A DNA stretch of 64,000 nt, from positions 1 to 64,000 of the IMG/VR virus record IMGVR_UViG_3300031721_000685. The stretch is one strand, 5' to 3'. The DNA is from a virus. The notes under the pieces were generated by a model, which worked only from the letters and a program-made list of their open reading frames with translations, was not told where the DNA came from and did not search any database. A program made the translations under genes and the position numbers. How positions within the stretch are numbered: position 1 is the stretch's first letter; the number at the start of each line of letters is the position of its first letter. Of this stretch, positions 27,534 through 36,820 are shown in pieces.

Positions 27534-27815
27534 TTACCCTGCTACAAGGGCATCGAACGCAGATGTGTCAACTGCTGCTGCATTTTGTAGTGGAGTCAAA
27601 TCTTCAGTTGTCCAGTAACCTGTCTTTCCTAGAATGATATTACAATGCTCAATATTGCGTGAAAGAATGGTTGCATCATCTGTGTAATCAGCAGGTGTAG
27701 CAATGACCGCATTGATTAGATCAACAGAATTCATACAAGCGCTGTACGTATGTGCAATCTTTGCGGTCTTTTCTGCGTCTGTCCAACCTTCAAAATCTGT
27801 GTCTGCGTCTGCCAT
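27534..27815 (-). CDS. Hypothetical acidic protein
   Basis: 93 aa, AAGGA RBS, CTAAATA late-like site upstream. Confidence 0.65.
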   Translation of the reverse strand: MADADTDFEGWTDAEKTAKIAHTYSACMNSVDLINAVIATPADYTDDATILSRNIEHCNIILGKTGYWTTEDLTPLQNAAAVDTSAFDALVAG

Positions 27816-27856
27816 ATTTTGTATCCTTATTATTTGTTGTTTGAGTTGTTATCTAT

Positions 27857-28816
27857 TTAGTATCCGTTAGGAATAATGACGTAATGAATCAACAGAACGA
27901 TGCCAACGCTAACGCCAAGCCCAATCATCATCTTCATGAAGTCTCTTGTAACAAGTGGAAACACTTGCTTCATCTTCGTATTATGAACAGTTGCGATAGC
28001 AAGTTCACGACCAGATAATAGACCAACAAAGACCCAAGTAGTAGACATTGGAATGTTATTGAGTTCTTTGAAGAAGTATAGAATAACGAAGTATACTAGG
28101 TCAATCAGACAAGCACTTCGAATATACTTCGTCGAAGATTTTTCAATAACAATTTGTTGAATCTTACCACCACGCTCTCGAAACATCCAGCCAAGACCAC
28201 CAACAAAGATAGCGCTGATAGCGAGCATCATATCAATAGGCACTTCACGAGGCAAGAATACAGCGATGTTAGCCATATCGTGAGACAACCAAGTCCACCA
28301 CAGAAGACCGGTAGTACACCACTGAACAACTCGCCAGTATGGACGAGACCAGTGATTGCCAATCGGCTTTCTTTCATCAATCGCTCGACTAATCAGATGC
28401 CACAACAAATATGCTGCTACTGCTGCCACTGCATATCCCATAATCGACTTCATCAACATCTTTTCTAAAACAAAAGTAGATGCGAATGCAGAGAGTACGA
28501 GGAATGATGTTGATACGGGAACTCCAGCACGAGTGAGACAAAGCAGAATAGCGGGTGCTACTGCGTGATACCACTTAACTTCTTGAAAGGGAATCTTTGT
28601 GAGACGCTCGTAAGAAATGTCTCCGCTATTGATGTACCAACCATACCAGAGAGTTGCTAACAGTACGACTGATGCTGCGACCCATAGAACCTTCCAATCA
28701 AATCTTTCATTGTTGGAAGCAATCCATGTTCCGAGTGTCTGAACAGAATCGTTAGCAATAACTGAATAAGCAGAAAAAAGAAAGCCAATTGCCATCCAGA
28801 GAGTCAGTTGATCCAT
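27857..28816 (-). CDS. PiT/PHO4-like inorganic phosphate (anion) transporter
   Basis: Multi-TM; two repeated halves with ANDS...PVSTS and SHDMAN...PMSTT signatures. Confidence 0.7.
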   Translation of the reverse strand: MDQLTLWMAIGFLFSAYSVIANDSVQTLGTWIASNNERFDWKVLWVAASVVLLATLWYGWYINSGDISYERLTKIPFQEVKWYHAVAPAILLCLTRAGVPVSTSFLVLSAFASTFVLEKMLMKSIMGYAVAAVAAYLLWHLISRAIDERKPIGNHWSRPYWRVVQWCTTGLLWWTWLSHDMANIAVFLPREVPIDMMLAISAIFVGGLGWMFRERGGKIQQIVIEKSSTKYIRSACLIDLVYFVILYFFKELNNIPMSTTWVFVGLLSGRELAIATVHNTKMKQVFPLVTRDFMKMMIGLGVSVGIVLLIHYVIIPNGY

Positions 28817-28830
28817 AATATTCTCCATAA

Positions 28831-28859
28831 CAAAATGGGAGGAGACGAATCTCCTCCCA
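28831..28859 (-). terminator. Intrinsic terminator after the sHSP gene
   Basis: TGGGAGGAGA-TTCG-TCTCCTCCCA-TTTTG. Confidence 0.8.
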
Positions 28860-28876
28860 GTGCTAATAGCAAATTG

Positions 28877-29332
28877 CTATACGATATTCACTTTACGAGG
28901 CTTTTGCTCGTCTGGGACAATATCTTCCAACCAGACTTTCAGCATCCCGTTTACCATCTCAGCACTCGTTACTTCAACGGTATCAGCAAGTGTGAATTGA
29001 CGGGTGAACTTTCGTAGACCAATCCCACGATGAAGCCATTCTTCGCCACTAGGCTCTTCTTTCGTCTTTACGTCAGATTTGATAGTGAGTGTGGAATCTT
29101 TGTGTTCAATGTCAATATCCGCTTTGTCGAAGCCTGCTACGGCAATTTCGATAACGAACTTATTGTAGCCAATCTTTTTAACGTTAAAGGGAGGATAAGA
29201 TTGTTGATTGAACTGTTCTGTGGTGGTTTTGATCCTCTTAATCATATCTTGATAGCCGATGAAATATGGCTGATAGATTGGATCGTTAAAGATGGAGTGT
29301 ACCACCTTAGTAGTATGTGTGTTAATAGTCAT
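28877..29332 (-). CDS. Small heat-shock protein (Hsp20/IbpA-like)
   Basis: YPPFNV, IEIAVAGF, LHRGIGLRKFTRQFTLAD, NGML. Confidence 0.95.
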   Translation of the reverse strand: MTINTHTTKVVHSIFNDPIYQPYFIGYQDMIKRIKTTTEQFNQQSYPPFNVKKIGYNKFVIEIAVAGFDKADIDIEHKDSTLTIKSDVKTKEEPSGEEWLHRGIGLRKFTRQFTLADTVEVTSAEMVNGMLKVWLEDIVPDEQKPRKVNIV

Positions 29333-29405
29333 TACTTTACTCCTTATAAGCAAGTTAAGTGTGTTTAATAAAAAAAGCATGAGACCCGTTTGGCATCTCA
29401 TGCTT
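29333..29405 (-). promoter_or_regulatory. ROSE-like RNA thermometer in the sHSP leader
   Basis: ACUUGCUU-AU-AAGGAGU: UUGCU anti-SD motif with bulged G; strong upstream hairpin at 29375-29405. Confidence 0.65.
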
Positions 29406-29406
29406 A

Positions 29407-29437
29407 TATTTATATCATATTAATTATAGCATGTCAA
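29407..29437 (-). promoter_or_regulatory. Composite sigma70/late promoter
   Basis: TTGACA-17bp-TATAAATA. Confidence 0.7.
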
Positions 29438-29453
29438 TCTTTTTTATCGTTGT

Positions 29454-29921
29454 TTAAGAGTAGTTAATATCCGAATACCACACTCCAGCACTTCTTTTAA
29501 CCATACCTTTATACGGCCCATCGTGATAATATGCTAACTTTGAGCATGTGGGTTGCAGTTTATTCTCTTGCTTTTCTCCATAAAATAGCCCAATCCATAC
29601 ACCGTCTCTCAAATATGTTTGCATAACTTTGATATAATTTTCGTGACTAATTCTGCGAGCTATAGCGCCTTTTACCTTATTTCTTTCATTCTTTTTTTCT
29701 GACGACACTATCTCTTTTTGTATTTTAATCCATTCCTTAATCTTATCTGGATGGAGGTCATCATCTTCATCTAGATTATGCAGAGAAGAGTGAATACCAG
29801 ATTTTCCATAATTAGGATTTCTTTCAGCACGAGTTGCCCGGGCTTTCTTGAGACGTTCGATAGCTGCTTGGCGTTGGTCTTCCGTCATAGGTTTACGTTT
29901 TTTACGAATCTTCTTAGCCAT
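29454..29921 (-). CDS. Conserved basic hypothetical protein
   Basis: RKPMTEDQRQAAIERLKKAR...YLRDGVW. Confidence 0.7.
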   Translation of the reverse strand: MAKKIRKKRKPMTEDQRQAAIERLKKARATRAERNPNYGKSGIHSSLHNLDEDDDLHPDKIKEWIKIQKEIVSSEKKNERNKVKGAIARRISHENYIKVMQTYLRDGVWIGLFYGEKQENKLQPTCSKLAYYHDGPYKGMVKRSAGVWYSDINYS

Positions 29922-30274
29922 TATTTAAAACCACCGCTTATGTAAGAATTTAACAAACCGTTTGCAAGTAATGCAAGTCCAACAGAATTAACAACTAACA
30001 ATGCACGATCATTCCAAAGAATTGCAACAATCAACCAACCAAGAAGCCCGACTCCATGAAACAACATATTCCAAGGATACAAATTATTAGTTGTTAAAAG
30101 TATACCAATTATAATCATAACACTAGAAAACCATTTTAAATACCAACTCAAACCACTAGTTGGCGTGACAGTTTTTGTAGCTATCTCATGAGTTTTTAAT
30201 TCAATACTACTAGTTCTAGTTTTATCTTCGATATCCGGATTCAATTTTATATTCTCTATCAATTTCTTAATCAT
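29921..30274 (-). CDS. Small membrane protein (DUF6552-like)
   Basis: LSWYLKWFSS...YPWN...WNDRALLVVN; start uncertain because it abuts the -10 box. Confidence 0.6.
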   Translation of the reverse strand: MIKKLIENIKLNPDIEDKTRTSSIELKTHEIATKTVTPTSGLSWYLKWFSSVMIIIGILLTTNNLYPWNMLFHGVGLLGWLIVAILWNDRALLVVNSVGLALLANGLLNSYISGGFK

Positions 30275-30303
30275 ATTATAGACTGGTCGACGGGCAGTGT
30301 CAA
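30275..30303 (-). promoter_or_regulatory. Sigma70-like promoter
   Basis: TTGACA-17bp-TATAAT. Confidence 0.75.
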
Positions 30304-30309
30304 CCCTTT

Positions 30310-30702
30310 TTATCGTTTGCCACCAATATTATATTTTGCTACTAGCTCCCATTCGACTTTCTCTTTGTATGGTAAAATCTTAATTTGTGCTAGTGGTGCA
30401 ATAACATCTTGCGTTTTCTCTGGTTCTACAATCTTCACTAGATCCCACTCGTCGAGTAGGTTAGCAATCGTATTACGACGCCCCTTGTCTTCTTCTGAAA
30501 ACGAAGAACTCTTACCGTCTAGGGTAAACAGTTCCTTGAAGTGAACGATATAATACTTGCCTTTCTTATGTAGTATATGACAAGACTGATATAGTTTTTT
30601 GTCTTTTCTGGATGCAACACCGATACGAGTCAGAGTTTCCTTTACTTTGAGAAATGCTTCTTCGTTACCTAGTTCCACCTCCACTAATGTTTCAACACTC
30701 AT
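30310..30702 (-). CDS. regA: Translational repressor
   Basis: FLKVKETLTRIG, LYQSCHILHK, YYIVHFKELF. Confidence 0.95.
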   Translation of the reverse strand: MSVETLVEVELGNEEAFLKVKETLTRIGVASRKDKKLYQSCHILHKKGKYYIVHFKELFTLDGKSSSFSEEDKGRRNTIANLLDEWDLVKIVEPEKTQDVIAPLAQIKILPYKEKVEWELVAKYNIGGKR

Positions 30703-31091
30703 TTCACGCCACCTTTTTCTTGTTTTTGTTTGATATGACCTATCTGTTCCAATGAAAGAATCTTTAGATACTGTAGGGCAACTTTTTTATTGCAGCCATA
30801 ATAACTGTGTATTATATTTATATTTTCATCATCTTCAGGCTTTGACCACTTAGCAAAACGTTTTCGGCGGCGAAGAACGTTATTGTAGTAGTCAAACTGC
30901 AATATATTGTCGAGGTGATGTAGCGTGTTCATCTCATTTGCGTGTAGTATTGCATCTGGATGATATGAGAGCGCTCTATTAGAGAGAAAGGCGTTGTAGT
31001 TTTTCTCAGCAAGAGTATCGTTCTCAGTGCCTCGCATGAGGTCTTTCTTGGTATCTGATACTGCTTTGACATAATCAAAGGGATTGCTCAT
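30699..31091 (-). CDS. gp62: Clamp loader small subunit
   Basis: YNAFLSNRALS, ANEMN; follows gp44. Confidence 0.9.
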   Translation of the reverse strand: MSNPFDYVKAVSDTKKDLMRGTENDTLAEKNYNAFLSNRALSYHPDAILHANEMNTLHHLDNILQFDYYNNVLRRRKRFAKWSKPEDDENINIIHSYYGCNKKVALQYLKILSLEQIGHIKQKQEKGGVK

Positions 31092-32026
31092 TTCCAAGAG
31101 ACCTCAAACATGATAGCAGTGAGAAACGCCATGATGTTGATTTCAGGATCAGCAACAAACGAGTGTTTGTACTGATACTCGCCAAGAGTAATCACAACAC
31201 CAGGAACAGAGTTATCAGACACTTCTTCCCACGCAGCATCATAGAATGCACGGAAAAACTGTGATGCATCTATATCACTGTTCTCGCCAACCCACTTACG
31301 AACAGATTGATAGTCTTTCGCTTTCATGTAAGTTAGTAGTTGTTTAAACGATTCTTGACTTAGATTTGCTAGAATGCCAGAATCAATACGACCAGTAGAA
31401 GCGTAACGTTGGCATTCGTTGATAACCCTGCGCCAGTCAGGAAAGTGTATGTTAACCAATTCAGCAACGACTTTACTCTCAAATTCAACATTTTCATTCT
31501 TGAGAATGCCACAGAGTCGTTTGTAGAATTGTGATGCAAGTTTAGCTTTTTCCGCACCTTTAGTTTTAAAATCAATAACTGTGCACCGAGAATGTAGTGG
31601 TTCGATGACACGGTTCTTGAAATTACAAGTAAGAATGAACCCACAGTTTTTACTAAACTCTTCCATAAAGTTACGAAGAGCGGGTTGAGTTGATTGAGGG
31701 TTGAGGTAATCAGCCTCGTCAAGGATGACATACTTACGGCCTCCAGTAAAGGATACTGCTGAAGCAAATTGCATGATTTCAGTTCGCAGCGTATCAATGT
31801 TACCGTTCATTGAGCCATTGATAACAATATAGTCAGCACCAAGTTGTTCGCATAATGCTTTCGCAACAGTCGTCTTACCAATACCAGCACTACCAGTCAA
31901 TAGTAGATTAGGGATATTCTCTTGGTTGACAAACTGCTGAAAAGTTTTCTTTAATTCACTTGAAAGAATCGTATCAGCAATCGTTTTAGGACGATATTTC
32001 TGCACCCAAAGAAACTCTTCGTTCAT
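31088..32026 (-). CDS. gp44: Clamp loader ATPase subunit
   Basis: WVQKYRP, GSAGIGKTT, DEAD, PLHSRC. Confidence 0.95.
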   Translation of the reverse strand: MNEEFLWVQKYRPKTIADTILSSELKKTFQQFVNQENIPNLLLTGSAGIGKTTVAKALCEQLGADYIVINGSMNGNIDTLRTEIMQFASAVSFTGGRKYVILDEADYLNPQSTQPALRNFMEEFSKNCGFILTCNFKNRVIEPLHSRCTVIDFKTKGAEKAKLASQFYKRLCGILKNENVEFESKVVAELVNIHFPDWRRVINECQRYASTGRIDSGILANLSQESFKQLLTYMKAKDYQSVRKWVGENSDIDASQFFRAFYDAAWEEVSDNSVPGVVITLGEYQYKHSFVADPEINIMAFLTAIMFEVSWK

Positions 32027-32055
32027 ATCGAAACTCCATCATATAATAAAAATCA

Positions 32056-32095
32056 AGTATAGCAGAAAAGGGGATGAGCGTCAACCCATCCCCTT
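32056..32095 (-). terminator. Terminator hairpin overlapping a sigma70-like promoter for gp44
   Basis: AAGGGGATG...CATCCCCTTTT hairpin containing TTGACG, then 17 bp, then TATACT. Confidence 0.7.
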
Positions 32096-32101
32096 AAAGT
32101 T

Positions 32102-32374
32102 TTAGCTCAGAGTAGAGAGATCAGCATCATCTACTGCTTCAACAGGCACTTCAGCGACTTCTGCTGGAGCAGCCCCGCTAGATGCAGCATCTGCTTCTGC
32201 TGCCGCCTTCTGCCTATCCACTTCTTCTTGTAGGATTCCAGCAAATTTTTCACGAAGGGTGCCAACAGAAGTCAGTTCTGGGCCACGGATAGCACCACGA
32301 GCGCAAACGGCGTCAATCACACGAACAACAGCGTCAATATCTTGTAGGGTGATTTGAGTAGCTTCTTCAGTCAT
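32102..32374 (-). CDS. Hypothetical protein
   Basis: IDAVCARGAIRGPELTSVG; GGAG RBS. Confidence 0.7.
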   Translation of the reverse strand: MTEEATQITLQDIDAVVRVIDAVCARGAIRGPELTSVGTLREKFAGILQEEVDRQKAAAEADAASSGAAPAEVAEVPVEAVDDADLSTLS

Positions 32375-32375
32375 A

Positions 32376-33035
32376 TTATTCTCCAAATGTAGAGTTAGAT
32401 TCAATTGCAATAAAATATTTTACATTGTCCGAAACGAAGCACGATAGCCCCTTTGATGATAGATTAACCATATAATCATTCGGCATTAGTTTTAGATTTT
32501 CAACTTTGAGATACATATTAAACGCATCTGATGTCGAACCAACAACGACACCATAACGGTCAGTTGTTGGATTTTTAGAGTTTACAGCCTCCAATACGAT
32601 TTCACCATTGACCCCTGAAAAGGCAATCTCTGGTAAACCAAGCACAGAAGCAGCCTTGAGAACAGACTGCATATCACTCCAAGAAATATTCACATTTACC
32701 TCACAAACAGGCATAGAGATATCTTTTTCTGGTGGTTGTAAAATCATAGAAACATCAGCAAGAGTATATTCAACTTTTTGCTTGTTCTCCATGATATTGA
32801 TTGATTTATCATTGAAAGCAATCTCAGGTGTTTCGAACAACGATACTGTTGCGAGAAAACGAGATAGGTCATAGATACCTGCTTCAGATGAAAAATCATC
32901 TTTACCGTTAGCAATAGCCATAATAGTCTTTTGAGGAGAAATTGTTCTCAATGCGCTACCAGGTTTGATAACGATAGAAGGATTAATAGAAGAGAAATTC
33001 TTCAAGATGTCCATAGTATATTCGTTTAGCTGCAT
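32376..33035 (-). CDS. gp45: Sliding clamp
   Basis: LKNFSSINPSI, IYDLSRFL, ENLKLMPNDY, YFIAIE. Confidence 0.95.
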   Translation of the reverse strand: MQLNEYTMDILKNFSSINPSIVIKPGSALRTISPQKTIMAIANGKDDFSSEAGIYDLSRFLATVSLFETPEIAFNDKSINIMENKQKVEYTLADVSMILQPPEKDISMPVCEVNVNISWSDMQSVLKAASVLGLPEIAFSGVNGEIVLEAVNSKNPTTDRYGVVVGSTSDAFNMYLKVENLKLMPNDYMVNLSSKGLSCFVSDNVKYFIAIESNSTFGE

Positions 33036-33049
33036 TATATAGATCTCCG

Positions 33050-33979
33050 TTATTTACGATTGCGCTTACGAGTAGCACGAGTAGTTTTAGCCTTTTGTCG
33101 TTCTTTATTTATATGAGTTTTTTTACCCTCTTTGTAGTATTTTTGGTTCGATTCGTCGCTTGCAGTAGGTGACGCACTAATAGCAGCCATTGCACCAAGG
33201 CTGCCACCGAAGATATATGAACCAACATGCTTGAGTTCCATCCAAGGACACATCCATACCTTCATACCAGCTTTACGAACATTCTGACAGAACATATAGT
33301 CTTCTGATAGATAACGCTTCGTCTCTGGGTCAATGATACAGTCAAAGTAAGCCATAATCTCACGAGAGCCATCAAAAGCGTCTGTGCGAATATGGTCTGG
33401 TAGATAGTGATATTCTGGATATGCCTCCTCATATTTCTCAAATGTATTACGAGGAATACACATGAAACCAGTACCAGCTTCTAGTACTTCTACTGGTTGG
33501 TCAACACGAAACCCCGTGACTCCCTTTGCTGGATTGAACACGTAGTCGCCAACAAAGTTCTCAAGATTAAACGGATTCTCATCAGCATGGCCCATCTTCA
33601 CTGCCTTAGCAATCTTTTCCCATGAGATAGATTTCTTAGGATATGGACCTGTGATGATATCTGTATTATCTGGATCAGCCATTTGCAACGCAAGCAAGGC
33701 AAACACATCGTTCGGCTGAAAGCCAATATCGCTATCAATGAACATCATATGAGTGCAATCACTACGCATGAACTCGTCCACACAGTAGTTTCTAGCACGA
33801 GTAACAAGAGATTCGTTGAATAGATAATAAAACTTCAGTTCAACACCATACTTGACTGCCGCCATACCAAGGTCGTTGGTAGATTTAGTGTACATGCCAG
33901 CGCATTGACCGCCGTACATAGGTGTTGCAACGAACACCTTTGCTTTTCGTAACTCCTCAACTTGAATTTTTAGTTGCAT
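33050..33979 (-). CDS. GT-A fold glycosyltransferase-like protein
   Basis: ATPMYGG, NESLVTRARN, FIDSDI (DxD), AGTGFM, LSEDYMFC. Confidence 0.75.
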   Translation of the reverse strand: MQLKIQVEELRKAKVFVATPMYGGQCAGMYTKSTNDLGMAAVKYGVELKFYYLFNESLVTRARNYCVDEFMRSDCTHMMFIDSDIGFQPNDVFALLALQMADPDNTDIITGPYPKKSISWEKIAKAVKMGHADENPFNLENFVGDYVFNPAKGVTGFRVDQPVEVLEAGTGFMCIPRNTFEKYEEAYPEYHYLPDHIRTDAFDGSREIMAYFDCIIDPETKRYLSEDYMFCQNVRKAGMKVWMCPWMELKHVGSYIFGGSLGAMAAISASPTASDESNQKYYKEGKKTHINKERQKAKTTRATRKRNRK

Positions 33980-34289
33980 AGGCATTCCTTTCATTAGTAT
34001 CATCTTTCGCTTCCCAAACGTTTAGATGATTGTTATCATGATCATGTAGAGCTATGATAGCATAGTGAATGACCTTTGTCAAGTCATTTCGCCAATCTTC
34101 CACACTTCCTTTATGCCCATATCGTTGAGCGTACTTCATAATATTACCAATACAAAAACCAGCACCATGACCACTATCTAAAATAAACTCAGTAGCTTGA
34201 TACTTGTTCTGCGAATAATGCTGGCTGTAGGTAGAGTCTACATACTCTAAGATTTCTGCCAGCAGCTTGTCTTCACTATACTTATACAT
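33957..34289 (-). CDS. DUF3310-like protein
   Basis: HYS...GFCIGNIMKYAQRYGHK...DLTKVIHY. Confidence 0.75.
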   Translation of the reverse strand: MYKYSEDKLLAEILEYVDSTYSQHYSQNKYQATEFILDSGHGAGFCIGNIMKYAQRYGHKGSVEDWRNDLTKVIHYAIIALHDHDNNHLNVWEAKDDTNERNAYATKNSS

Positions 34290-34306
34290 CGCCTCTACCT
34301 CTAGCT

Positions 34307-34684
34307 TTACGAAACCCCATTATATATCATTCTCTTCAACTCTGGTTTACGATAATTCGGACCCTTGAGAACTTTGCCGTCCTCACGATAGATAGGCTTT
34401 CCGTCAATTCCTAATTTACTCATATTACTATTATGCACTTCTTCGAGGCATTTGTCAAGATCAATTCCAAAAGAATGTCCAGCACCATATACAACGTATA
34501 AAATATCAGTCAGAGCATCTGCAACCTCAACGATATTTCTATCGTCTAATGCTTCACGAAGCTCTATAACTTCTTCTTCAATCAATGCATAGCGTAGTTC
34601 AGCAACAGAAGACCACTGTGGTTCAGTCTCAACATTTTGACCAAACGCATCCATAAACTCTTCTACTTTTTCAAAGTTAGTCAT
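34307..34684 (-). CDS. MazG-like nucleotide pyrophosphohydrolase
   Basis: LIEEEVIEL, ADALTDILYV, EVHNSNMSK, GKVLKGPNY. Confidence 0.9.
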   Translation of the reverse strand: MTNFEKVEEFMDAFGQNVETEPQWSSVAELRYALIEEEVIELREALDDRNIVEVADALTDILYVVYGAGHSFGIDLDKCLEEVHNSNMSKLGIDGKPIYREDGKVLKGPNYRKPELKRMIYNGVS

Positions 34685-34687
34685 ACA

Positions 34688-35602
34688 TTATTCTCCATAA
34701 TTTTCAATAAGAATCATACCATAGTTATTCGTTTCGGAAAGCATTTTCATATCAGGTTTGTAGCGTAGTTTATTCTTTTTGAAAGGCCCATAATCAACAT
34801 GATGATGCCAACGACCATATTTCCAAGAAATACGAGCAACGTCTGGATGCATTTTAACGAGCATCTCTGATTTGTTCACTGTACCTACAGCGTTATAACC
34901 AATATTCTTCATATCTTCAGCTTTATCTAAAACTTCAGTGCCTAATTCTTTATGATAGAATTCCTCAGTGTTGCCACCCTTCACAGTTTGAGTGGCTGCT
35001 TTGCCTTGAAGAAAGGAATTGAATTGAATAGTACAATCGCCATCCTTTAGCACACGAAGAGATAGGTCAGTATCTTCATTATAACGACCACGCCAACGAT
35101 GCTTGCACTCATTATCAATGAGCAAGCAAGAATAGATACGAGTGTTTGTAACAAAGGGCGGATAATGCTGATTTGGAGCAATAAAAAAACGATACTGAAA
35201 ACCAGACACTGGAACATTCTCAAAACGATCTATAAAGTCTTCTGCTGCTTTGAAGATAGCGCCACTGCCGACACGAATACGTTTGTTCTTATGTAGTCTG
35301 TAGAAGTCGGCAATATTATCATCCATTACCCAATGCTTTTCAGCACCAATAGAGATAGCATGATCCCAGCACCAGTTTCTTGCTCTGCCTGGTCCATCAC
35401 CATGATTGCTGAATGGGGCAACAAGTAAGGTTACCCATTCACGAATATTGAAATTATCTAACGCTTTCTCATAATTATCTAAATCTTGTGGCTCAATCGC
35501 AATATAATGTGGTACACCGATCTTACATAAAGACCTTGAGGTACCCATAGATTCGTGTCTGCCTTTAGAAACAATATAAACTGGCTGTTCAGGATTAGTC
35601 AT
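34688..35602 (-). CDS. TET-associated/GREB1-like DNA glycosyltransferase
   Basis: YIVSKGR, ARNWCWD, WVMDDNI, WRGRYNEDTDLSL, GGNT. Confidence 0.75.
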   Translation of the reverse strand: MTNPEQPVYIVSKGRHESMGTSRSLCKIGVPHYIAIEPQDLDNYEKALDNFNIREWVTLLVAPFSNHGDGPGRARNWCWDHAISIGAEKHWVMDDNIADFYRLHKNKRIRVGSGAIFKAAEDFIDRFENVPVSGFQYRFFIAPNQHYPPFVTNTRIYSCLLIDNECKHRWRGRYNEDTDLSLRVLKDGDCTIQFNSFLQGKAATQTVKGGNTEEFYHKELGTEVLDKAEDMKNIGYNAVGTVNKSEMLVKMHPDVARISWKYGRWHHHVDYGPFKKNKLRYKPDMKMLSETNNYGMILIENYGE

Positions 35603-36455
35603 TCAAAAAGTTCTCCAGATTATTACCACGTTTAGAGTATGCTTTGTTCCAGTGACATCTCCATTTGCCAAAATCACGAAAGCCACCATCCTCTCTCTTT
35701 ACATTACCAACAGTTATATCTTTGTAAACGATTTCAAACAAGCCAGGAAACATTTTCGCTATAGTTTCGTGGTCTCTTTGCGTATCTTCGACAGTCTGTT
35801 CATCCCATATGACAGATTTCATAGTCTTATTATTAACACTTTTGTTCACAAAACAAAACTCTTGGCTTACTCTGTTGCTGAATCCTCGTGTGAGTAGAGA
35901 TAGAAGAAATACGATATCTTCGCCGACTTTGACCTCAGTTAGTTTTAAATCGGGCAACACATGAGCAAAGTCCTTTCCGTTAATCCAATATTGACTGCCC
36001 AAAGAAACGTTCGTTGAATAGGCTTTAATCCTAGGAGGATGTTCAATGTGACTGCATCCACACACAGTAACATCATCTTCTAGCCAAGAAGAATACATTT
36101 CAAACATCTCTAAAATATCATCAGGTGTGCATTTGCGTTTAGACTTTTTCATACTAGAGATGTCAGACCAATATTTAGTATTACGACGATAAAAAGTGAT
36201 ATCATCATCTAGTAGAGCGTATTTCATATCCTTAGCTTCATTGTAGATTATGTTGCGTGTCTCAGATATTGCTCTAGGATGCTCTAATGTAATATACTCT
36301 GGTAGAACCAAATAGTCAACATTAAAATCGTATTTTTCTCGTTCCCACGACTGAACAACGAACACTACCTGACGTTTGAGTTCATCAGGTAGAGCATTGT
36401 ATGTGATTTGATTGTCAATTCGATTCACAGTGGGAATGAATATCTTATCCATCAT
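35595..36455 (-). CDS. TET-associated/GREB1-like glycosyltransferase paralog
   Basis: IFIPTVNR, ISETRN, LLDDDI, GED. Confidence 0.7.
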   Translation of the reverse strand: MMDKIFIPTVNRIDNQITYNALPDELKRQVVFVVQSWEREKYDFNVDYLVLPEYITLEHPRAISETRNIIYNEAKDMKYALLDDDITFYRRNTKYWSDISSMKKSKRKCTPDDILEMFEMYSSWLEDDVTVCGCSHIEHPPRIKAYSTNVSLGSQYWINGKDFAHVLPDLKLTEVKVGEDIVFLLSLLTRGFSNRVSQEFCFVNKSVNNKTMKSVIWDEQTVEDTQRDHETIAKMFPGLFEIVYKDITVGNVKREDGGFRDFGKWRCHWNKAYSKRGNNLENFLND

Positions 36456-36808
36456 TCTTCTTCTATCCAGCGTAATAGAGAGTTAGCTGTCTTATCTAGT
36501 TTTGGATGCCAGATTACTGGGTTGTTTTTAGATTTAACTGATGGGTATTGTCCGATCAATTCGCAGAACTCGTTGTAGTCTTCTTCATTTCTAAAATGAA
36601 CGTAGATAGTTTTGAACTTACCGTCTTTATTAACAGCATTCTCGAACTCGGGCATGCCTTGCCAGTGCTTTTTCCAATAATTTGGATGCGAAGTTTCAAC
36701 GTCTGAAATGTCATCAACGAAGTCTTCAAGTGTTGATTCTTTTGACTCAACTTTCTCAGACATTTCTTTCATATAGTTATCGTAATCTCCACTTTCTTTT
36801 ACTGTCAT
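36452..36808 (-). CDS. Hypothetical protein associated with the glycosyltransferases
   Basis: WQGMPEF...VHFRNEEDY..F..LIGQ...IWHP. Confidence 0.7.
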   Translation of the reverse strand: MTVKESGDYDNYMKEMSEKVESKESTLEDFVDDISDVETSHPNYWKKHWQGMPEFENAVNKDGKFKTIYVHFRNEEDYNEFCELIGQYPSVKSKNNPVIWHPKLDKTANSLLRWIEEE

Positions 36809-36820
36809 TATCATCTCCAA

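Noticed and set aside
29333-29401. N-terminal extension of the sHSP ORF
   Set aside because: It corresponds to the structured leader; AAGGAG precedes the ATG at 29332
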